Below, one piece after another: positions 1 to 6,761 of a DNA stretch of 6,962 bases; position 1 is the first letter of the stretch, and each line of letters begins with the position of its first letter. The position numbers and the translations under genes were made by a program. The notes under the pieces are model-generated. The model had not been told where the DNA came from and ran no database searches. It saw nothing but the letters and a program-made list of their open reading frames with translations. The stretch comes from Octopus sinensis (lineage: Eukaryota), in NCBI RefSeq assembly GCF_006345805.1, contig NW_021829055.1, positions 1 to 6,962 of the forward strand, in the 5' to 3' direction.

Positions 1-225
1 TACGACCCTCGAGTTGTCTAATTCTAATGTGTTGTCATGTTATTGTAATCGGTGGTACCACGCACGCTGAGCTTGCACAGTTGCAGACATAAAAAGAATT
101 CTTCGAATTGTTGACACAAGAATTTAAAGTCCGGGATGTGTCTCTATGCCTGCATCATTCCATAAGTATAGTTCTATGCTACTGAGGTCTATCTCTTTTG
201 TGGTCACACGTAGTTTACCGATATT

Positions 226-404
226 CTCTCTTTTACTCTTTTACCCTTTTACTTGTTTCAGTCATTTGACTGTGGCTATGCTGGAGCACCGCCTTTAGTC
301 GAGCGAGTCGACCCCCAGGACTTATTCCTTGTAAGCCTAGTACTTATTCGTAAACACACCAGCATCGGTTGTCAAGCGATGTTGGGGGTACAAACACAGA
401 CACA

Positions 405-449
<45 letters not shown>

Positions 450-627
450 ACACACACACATGTGTATACGACGGGCTTCCAGTTTCCGTCTACCAAATTC
501 ACTCACAAGGCTTTGGTCGGCCCGAATGGTAGAAGACACTTGCTCAAGGTGCCACGCAGTGGGACTGAACCCGGAACCATGAGGTTCGTAAGCAAGGTAC
601 TTACCACACAGCCACTCCTACGCCTAT
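226..627 (-). mobile_element. tRNA-derived SINE with CORE-like domain (SINE-B here), near full length, with internal (CA)n
   Basis: Minus strand begins GGAGTGGCTGTGTGG (A-box-like, 604-614). A B-box-like GGGTTCAGTCCC (561-572) follows, then GGCACCTTGAGCAAGTGTCTT (533-553), which resembles the CORE-SINE domain. The tail (GTAAAAGA)n-like repeat is at 226-252. Matches my recollection of an abundant octopus SINE. Confidence 0.85.
391..460. repeat. (CA)n microsatellite inside SINE-B
   Basis: Directly visible; source of the HTHT ORF artefacts. Confidence 0.97.
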
Positions 628-723
628 ATATACATATATACAATCAATTACACTCCAGGACAAATAAGAGGCAAATAAGATATAATTTCCTATTGTTACA
701 ACCGTTTCCTTATTCAGTTTCAG

Positions 724-748
724 TTGCATTATCGACTCCAATTCGAAG
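724..748 (+). CDS. candidate 25-nt coding micro-exon (LHYRLQFE + 1 nt), product unknown
   Basis: Pyrimidine-rich acceptor tttccttattcagtttcAG|, donor aag|GTacat. An in-frame alternative acceptor would start at 718. Phase 0 to 1, compatible with the candidate at 1180. Confidence 0.3.
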
Positions 749-759
749 GTACATAATCA

Positions 760-915
760 ATGCATGTACTTCGCATTATATACATATATGCATACATTTA
801 TATGCACACATACAATTATATAGTTACAAAACTGTGCGCGCTCATGCATACAAATGCACGCACACATACATGCACACGCACACAAACACGCAAACACACG
901 CACACACACACATAC
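760..915. repeat. degenerate (TA)/(CA) low-complexity tract
   Basis: Directly visible. Confidence 0.9.
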
Positions 916-1179
916 AGGTGTCTCTGTGGTAACTTGAGCTACTACAAATAGCAGCCAAATCTCTGTTGAAACACACACTTTCATCAAAAGAAAGACACGG
1001 ATTTACAATATTTCAGGTAAAATAAACTATGCGATGGGCCAGCTACATCAAAGGCAACTCTGGGTTAAAGAAAACACAAACTTACTTCACATTAAAAAAT
1101 TATCTACTAAATAATGCTAGTAATGTTGGCAGTATATCTTCGAAGTTTCATCCCTTGGTAAAAGTCCATGTATTTTAAG

Positions 1180-1271
1180 CATTTTCTCACTATGCTCTAA
1201 AGATTGTTCAAGCAGAGCTGCTTCCTTTAGCTAAAGACTTCAAAACTGTGCGACCCGACCTAGTTTTCAAG
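1180..1271 (+). CDS. candidate 92-nt coding exon (2 nt + FSHYALKIVQAELLPLAKDFKTVRPDLVFK), product unknown
   Basis: Acceptor tgtattttaAG|, stop-free protein-like frame in non-repetitive sequence, donor aag|GTtatt (weak). No family recognised. Confidence 0.35.
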
Positions 1272-1310
1272 GTTATTATTTGCTGTGACTCAGTTTTCGA
1301 ATCCCTACGA

Positions 1311-1324
1311 AACACACGCACACA

Positions 1325-1361
<37 letters not shown>

Positions 1362-1476
1362 CACACACGCACACACACAAATATATATATAACTATACAT
1401 ATATATTCATATAAACACATAAATGTGCATTTTTATAGATGCGTGTCTGTATACGTATGCATGTATTCATATAATA

Positions 1477-1512
<36 letters not shown>

Positions 1513-1755
1513 CATATATATATATATATATATACATATACAAACACACGCGCGTGCATGCACACGCACACATATGCATGTGGAATTTGTATACTTACAT
1601 TTAGATTTACAAAATCCAATTTATATACAAAATTTACATGCCTCCGTGTAAGTGCATGTGTACGTGCGTGTGTGCTTGTATGTGTGTGTGTGTGTGTGTC
1701 TGTCTGTCTGTCTGTGTGCGTGTGCACGCGCGCGAGTGTGTAGTGTATGTGTGTC
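1311..1755. repeat. compound microsatellite block (CA)n - (TA)n - (TG)n/(TCTG)n
   Basis: (CA)n about 1311-1380, (TA)n about 1478-1540, (TG)n/(TCTG)n about 1660-1755. Confidence 0.95.
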
Positions 1756-1756
1756 C

Positions 1757-2785
1757 ATGAGCCGACCTTTCAAAGCCGCCAATGCTACAATCACTACCAC
1801 TTCGACACCACCGCCTCACTCTTACTTTCACAGCCACTACCACCACCACCACCACAACAACACCACAACCGCCTCCGCCGCCGCCATTCTCCTTACCTCC
1901 ACTGCCACAACCGCAACCACTAGTAATACTACCACAATTACTATCAACAAAACCAGCATGATTTATACCAACTCCACCAACTCTGCCAAAACTACAACAC
2001 ATACAACAGTCCTTATTTTTACCACCACCAGTACTAACCCTTGCGCTACTAAACATTCCGCCACTAACTCCAACGCCGATACCACAATCTCCACTTTAAC
2101 GTCGACGCCACCACCAGCAACACCTCTAACACCACCACTACTCAAACTGCTACCGTACGCAACACCAACGCCACCTACTGCAACAGCACTACCACCACAA
2201 TCAATACTACAACCTATAAAATGATCACCACAGCCTATACCTCGATTACCACAGCCCATACCGTAATACCGTATTCACTACAACCCAAGTTACAACCACT
2301 ATAGCCTATTACTATGACAGCACCACCACCACCACACAATCATCGTCAATACTACCACTGCTACTACCTCCCCCACTGCCACCATTAATACCACCAATAC
2401 TACCGCCTGTACTATCACCACGAATATCACCACCAACAACAACACTGTCAACTCGAACGACACTAGAACCATAGCCATCATCACCACTACCACCACCACC
2501 AACTACAACAACAACAACTCACACACACACACACACACATACACAGTACCACCACCATTACCAATGCCACCACCACGCCCACCGCTATCACCACCAGCAC
2601 CAACACCCCAACACGATTAACACACACACACACACACACTACCACCGCCACCACCACCACCATCAACACGCGCGCACGCGCGCTAAAAACCGCACCACCA
2701 CCAACACCAACACCAACACCACCACCACTACTTCCACCCATCACCCCCCACCTCCACCCGCTATCAGTCATCAGCTGCCACACAC
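1757..2785. repeat. ~1 kb degenerate (ACC/ACT/CAA)n trinucleotide low-complexity region with embedded (CA)n
   Basis: Strongly C/A-rich + strand; gives poly-Thr/His/Pro and poly-Val ORFs. Confidence 0.9.
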
Positions 2786-2930
2786 TAGAGCTATAGACGA
2801 ACTCAACCAGCCCCGACCAAGTGCAGTCGCACTAGATCGAGAAGAGAAATCCCCCGTCACGCCGCCGCACCGGCTAAAAATAACGCCGCCGCCCCAACCT
2901 CTACAACAATCAGTCACGAGATATCGATTT
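2786..2930. other. short GC/CpG-rich unique island, possible regulatory element
   Basis: Many CpGs, ACGCCGCCGC twice (2859-2868, 2883-2892), GC-box-like CCGCCC (2889-2894). Function not shown. Confidence 0.3.
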
Positions 2931-3059
2931 TCCCCTTTTGCCTTTGTTTCCTGTCTTTCTTTTCTTCTTTCTTTCCTTACATCAATTTGTTGGTTTGTTT
3001 TTGCCTCGTCTTCTGTTTTTTTTTTCTTCTTGTTATTATAGATGTTCTCTTATGATGCT

Positions 3060-3504
3060 GAAATTATATAATTGTCCGTTATCATGTATCTATCTTTCTA
3101 CGTGAATATGTGTATATACATACAATATACATATATATATTATATATATATATACACATATTTATATATACAGGAATATTTATTATATATGTATATAAAT
3201 AAAATATTTAGATTATATATACAATATAATCATATATATATATGCATATATATATATAAATATACATATATCAATATATATATGGATATATATATCTATA
3301 TATATATATATATATATATATGATTGTATGCATACTATGTATACCATATATACTGTATGCAGTATTATTATTACTGATATAATATCTTGTGCATAGTATA
3401 CTGTGTGCGATTATAATAATGTGATGGGCAGTATAGTATATATATATAATATTAAAATATTTTATTATATATTACATATATAATACATACTATACATACG
3501 AGAG

Positions 3505-3535
<31 letters not shown>

Positions 3536-3895
3536 ATTATATATATACAGACATGCATATATATTATATTATATATATAATTATATATATACATACATGC
3601 ATATATATATATATATATATATAATATAATATATTCATATTATATATACATACATGCATATATATATATTATATATATATATATATATATTATATATCTG
3701 CATGTATATATGCATGCATATGTGTATGTACAAATACTCAATACAAATGCACACACACACATATATATATATATATGTATGTATATATAGACTCATATAT
3801 ACATACATATATACACATATACACACACGTATGTGTGTATATATGTTTATGTATTTGCATGCATATATATGTATGCATATGTATATACGTGTATA
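3060..3895. repeat. degenerate (TA)n/(TATG)n AT-rich tract
   Basis: Directly visible; source of the YIYI ORF artefacts. Confidence 0.95.
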
Positions 3896-4020
3896 GGAGT
3901 GAGTGTGTATTAACAATATGAGAAGCGATGGGGCAGTTCCTGTTTCTTTCTGTAAACCGGTCTCACATCTTGCTGCATCAGCAAGTCTCAAAAACAGACA
4001 CAGTAACATTTGGTAAGATA

Positions 4021-4528
4021 TGTTTCTTTATTAGCCACACAGGGCTGCACACAGACAGGACAAATTACAAGGTAGAGCTTTTCTTTTGGGGGTAAAAAAA
4101 AAGGGGGGTTTGGTTTTCGATCAAAAGGATCGAGAAAGAAATGAAAGAAAAGAAAGAGGACAAAAAAAGGGGGGAATAAAATTTTTTAAACAAGGTGGGG
4201 AGAGGAAAAAAAACGGAAAGGGAAAAATGATCATATGGATCGTTATCACAGAAATGTCAATATGAAGTGAAAGGGGGAGGACAGGTGAGGTTTACCCGTG
4301 GAAAGAAGCCTACAGAAAAGACCACGGTAACCTCGGTCAATGAAGTCACATGTTATATTTCTTTTTTTTTTTTGCAAATAAGCAACTCTCTATTAAATTT
4401 TAACGGTTCATAGAATCATAGTCAAGGTGGCTTCGTCATTCATACGTTGCCATCTTGCTACATTCACCCATCTTTTTTTAAAACATTCACTAGACAAAAC
4501 TTGCCTCTCTACTCTCACTTTCCACTTC
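4021..4528 (-). mobile_element. 5'-truncated non-LTR retrotransposon 3' end (ORF2 C-terminus + 3' UTR), probably L1/Tx1-like
   Basis: Minus frame ...KVRVERQVLSSECFKKRWVNVARWQRMNDEATLTMIL* (stop at 4408-4410) resembles Tx1/L1-type ORF2 C-termini. A ~385-nt pyrimidine-rich 3' UTR follows, ending in CTAATAAAGAAACA. Clade is from recollection; no TSD found. Confidence 0.7.
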
Positions 4529-4571
4529 CTGGCTGATACAACCTGGACACTGATTATTAAACGTTTCCTAG

Positions 4572-4643
4572 GAGCTGAGTTTAAGAGACGAATTGAATGA
4601 AAGAAATGAAAATCGTTGTGAAGCCGCAAACTTTTACGTTAAG
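4572..4643 (+). CDS. candidate 72-nt coding exon (ELSLRDELNERNENRCEAANFYVK), product unknown
   Basis: Acceptor acgtttcctAG|, 24 stop-free codons, donor aag|GTgaaa (weak). Phase 0/0. Confidence 0.25.
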
Positions 4644-4678
4644 GTGAAAATAACTCCAGGCAAGCACACGATGATAAG

Positions 4679-4893
4679 AATCCTTTCTACTAAAGGCACA
4701 ATGCCTGAAGATTTGGCGGAGGGGACTAGTCGATTACACCGACCCCAACGTGTCCCTGGTACTTAATTTATCGACCGCGAAAGGATGAATGGCAAAGTGA
4801 ACCTCGGCAGGATTTGAACTCAGAAAGTAGCACCAGGCAAACTGCTGCTAGACATTTTGCCCTGCGTGCTAACGATTCTGCCAGCTTACTGCC
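4679..4893 (-). mobile_element. tRNA-headed SINE-A copy 1 (tail type A)
   Basis: Minus strand A-box TGGCAGAATCG (4873-4883), B-box GTTCAAATC (4811-4819), central module ...TTCATCCTTTCGCGGTCGATAAATTAAGTACC, tail ...GTGCCTTTAGTAGAAAGGA. Homologous to copies 2-5. Confidence 0.9.
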
Positions 4894-4917
4894 ATAATAA
4901 TAATAATAATAATAATA

Positions 4918-4956
<39 letters not shown>
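4894..4956. repeat. back-to-back (AAT)n/(ATT)n; perfect 50-bp palindrome 4894-4943
   Basis: Centre AATT at 4917-4920 with 25-nt complementary arms. Confidence 0.97.
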
Positions 4957-5020
4957 GAGTGAGAGAGCAGTGCATGCCATCAAAGTGACACTGGGGTAAA
5001 ATATACGAAGCCCAATATAT
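4957..5020 (-). mobile_element. short repeat fragment X, probably a truncated retroelement 3' end with (AAT)n tail
   Basis: Minus strand ...GGCATGCACTGCTCTCTCACTC followed directly by (AAT)n. The other side has a short ATT run. I recall it as a common octopus repeat; not provable from one copy. Confidence 0.5.
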
Positions 5021-5027
5021 TATTATT

Positions 5028-5210
5028 ATCCTTTCTACTAATGGCACAATGCCTGGAGTTTTGGCGGAGGCGACTAGTCGATTACATCGACCCTAGTGTG
5101 TCCCTGGTACTTAAAGTTGACCTCAGCGGAATTTGAACTCAGAACGTGAATGTGGACGAAATACAATCAAGCATTTTGCCGACATGCAATCAGTTCTACC
5201 ATCTCGCCGC
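5028..5210 (-). mobile_element. SINE-A copy 2 (tail A) with 29-nt internal deletion
   Basis: Aligns to copy 1, but reads GGTACTTAA^AGTTGACC where the other copies have the TTTATCGACCCCGAAAGGATGAAAGGCAA segment. Confidence 0.88.
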
Positions 5211-5245
5211 ATTTGGACTCAGAACATAGCGGCAGACGAAATGCC
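5211..5245 (-). mobile_element. 35-nt SINE-A head fragment (B-box region)
   Basis: 30/35 identical to 5395-5429 of copy 3. Confidence 0.8.
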
Positions 5246-5463
5246 TGTTTCTTTACTACCCACAAGGGGCTAAACACAGAGAGGACAAACAAGGACAGAC
5301 AAACGGATTAAGCCGATTGTATCAACGCCGGTGCGTAACTGGTACTTATTTAATCAACACCGAAAGGATGAAAGGCAAAGTCGACCTCGGCGGAATTTGA
5401 ACTCAGAACGTAGCGGCAGACAAAATACTGTTAAGCCTTTCGCCTGGCGTGTTGACGATTCTA
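5246..5463 (-). mobile_element. SINE-A copy 3 with alternative tail (type B) matching the LINE 3' end at 4021
   Basis: Head and central module (about 5315-5463) align to the other copies. 5246-5314 is unrelated to tail A, and 5246-5289 matches 4021-4064 at 37/44. Confidence 0.9.
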
Positions 5464-5471
5464 GGTATATA

Positions 5472-5592
5472 TGTTTGTTCCTTCTCGAACCACACCTGGC
5501 TCATTAGGGCCGGTTTCTCGGTTTCTTTGACGTATAGGTTCCCCACCTGGACGAGACGCCGGTCCGTCGCAGGTGAGCTGCAAGATGCAGGT
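5472..5592 (-). mobile_element. repeat fragment Z, possibly a SINE/LINE 3' end with RTE-type tail
   Basis: GC-rich island. Minus strand ends AAACCGAGAAACCGGCCCTAATGAGCCAGGTGTGGTTCGAGAAGGAACAAACA, reminiscent of RTE-associated SINE tails. Classification from recollection only. Confidence 0.5.
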
Positions 5593-5820
5593 GTAACACA
5601 GGTTACACATTACCTGTATGTCTTCTAATCTGTAAGTATTTACCATCTATATGAAAAGCCTTGCTCCGTAAAATGTTTAATTTAGTTTACTTCATCAAAC
5701 TCGGGTTACAATCATGCTGACGATTTTAAACAAGAATGAAATGAATTGTACTATATATAAGATTACATATGAATAGAAATTTTTCAGAATTTCCGTATGA
5801 ATAAACAAATAATAATGTAA

Positions 5821-6016
5821 TTCCTTCTACTATAGGCACAAGATCTGAAATTTGGTGCGGTGACCCCCAGTGTTTCACTGGTACTTAATTTATCGACCCC
5901 GAAAGGATGAAAGGCGGAGTGGACCTCGGTGGAATTTGAACTGAGACGTAGCAGCAGATGAAAAAACCGATAAGCATTTCGTCCAGCATTTTAACGATTC
6001 TGCCAGCTCGCCGCCC
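5821..6016 (-). mobile_element. SINE-A copy 4 (tail A) with a short deletion in the tail-proximal body
   Basis: Intact GGTACTTAATTTATCGACCCCGAAAGGATGAAAGGC module, box-like motifs, head end GGCGGCGAGCTGGCAGAATCG on the minus strand. Lacks the AGTCGATTACATCG segment. Confidence 0.9.
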
Positions 6017-6019
6017 TTA

Positions 6020-6022
<3 letters not shown>

Positions 6023-6062
<40 letters not shown>

Positions 6063-6101
6063 GTAATAATAATCATTATTATTATTATTATTATTATTAT
6101 T
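6023..6101. repeat. back-to-back (AAT)n-C-(ATT)n quasi-palindrome
   Basis: (AAT)n 6023-6073 with one AGT variant, C at 6074, (ATT)9 at 6075-6101. Confidence 0.97.
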
Positions 6102-6280
6102 GTGTAGCAAATGACTTGATCTGAGATCGTGTGCTAAAACGGAAACAATTGCAGCGTGGAAGGTGTTTATAAGCCATTTAAAAACACACAAAAACCGCTA
6201 GATTTTTGTGTGTTTAAATTTAAATTGTCAAAATATTTTCGTCGCTTTGAAATAGCAACTGACAATATTCCTGGCTGCCA
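6102..6280. mobile_element. unclassified interspersed repeat Y flanked on both sides by (ATT)n
   Basis: Complex island between two (ATT)n tracts. I recall it as a frequent octopus repeat. Contains a perfect 13-bp hairpin (6182-6215). Class and strand uncertain. Confidence 0.5.
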
Positions 6281-6282
6281 TA

Positions 6283-6318
<36 letters not shown>

Positions 6319-6396
6319 GTTGTTGTTGTTGTTGTGTTGTCATCGTCGTCGTCGTTGCTGTTGTTGTTGTTTTTGTTTTTGTTCTTGTTCTTCTTC
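6283..6396. repeat. compound trinucleotide array (ATT)n-(GTT)n-(GTC)n-(GTT)n-(GTTTTT/GTTCTT)
   Basis: Directly visible. Confidence 0.95.
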
Positions 6397-6401
6397 ATGT
6401 T

Positions 6402-6748
6402 GCAAGAAATTAAAGAATGTGGGCTATGAGGAGAATGTCTGTCGTTCCAGTAGTTGTAGGAGCACTCGGAGTACTAACAACCAAGTTCGAGAAATATGTC
6501 AGAGAAATCGGAATTGACATGAGAGCAGATCAACCCCCCAACCCCAACCCCAAACTGCTCTGCTGGGGACAGCTAGGATTTTGCGATTGCTACTTATATG
6601 TTGAATGTCTCCCACGGTGATTAACAACCAAGTATCAAAGCTTATAACGTGCGGAGAGAGACCCTGTGAGACCTCTGGCAGCAGGCTTCTGTCAGATCTC
6701 ACAGAATCTATCCGAGCAAACAAGACCGAACGCTCTGAGAAGTAGAAC
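6402..6748 (+). mobile_element. 5'-truncated, frameshifted R4/Dong-like non-LTR retrotransposon 3' end (restriction-like endonuclease C-terminus + 3' UTR)
   Basis: MWAMRRMSVVPVVVGALGVLTTKFEKYVREIGID (from 6417) and, after a frameshift, TALLGTARILRLLLIC* (6554-6604). These match the VPxVxGALG...KTALLGTARILR signature of R4-clade RLE ends. A ~145-nt UTR ends directly in (AAT)5 at 6749-6763. Confidence 0.82.
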
Positions 6749-6761
6749 AATAATAATAATA

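Noticed and set aside
28-135. Minus-strand peptide QQFEEFFLCLQLCKLSVRGTTDYNNM, faintly like an ELMO-domain segment
   Set aside because: Needs several gaps, is flanked by stops and has no convincing splice sites; likely chance.
555-627. tRNA gene at the SINE-B head (likewise the SINE-A heads)
   Set aside because: A/B-box-like motifs are present, but I could not build a cloverleaf, and the sequence runs straight into SINE body.
955-1016. Possible extra exon QISVETHTFIKRKTRIYNIS with donor cag|GTAAAA, phase-compatible with 1180
   Set aside because: No pyrimidine tract at any usable acceptor, and an in-frame stop lies just upstream (935-937).
2768-2774. CTGATGA hammerhead core on the minus strand
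   Set aside because: No GAAA partner or flanking helices.
253-3896. Supplied ORFs rich in HT, YI, CV, poly-V or poly-T
   Set aside because: Translations of (CA)n, (TA)n, (TG)n and (ACC)n repeats and SINE sequence; no domain content.
4408-4629. 73-aa minus ORF as an intact small gene
   Set aside because: Only the C-terminal half is LINE-like; the N-terminal half is read-through from unrelated flank, starting at TTG.
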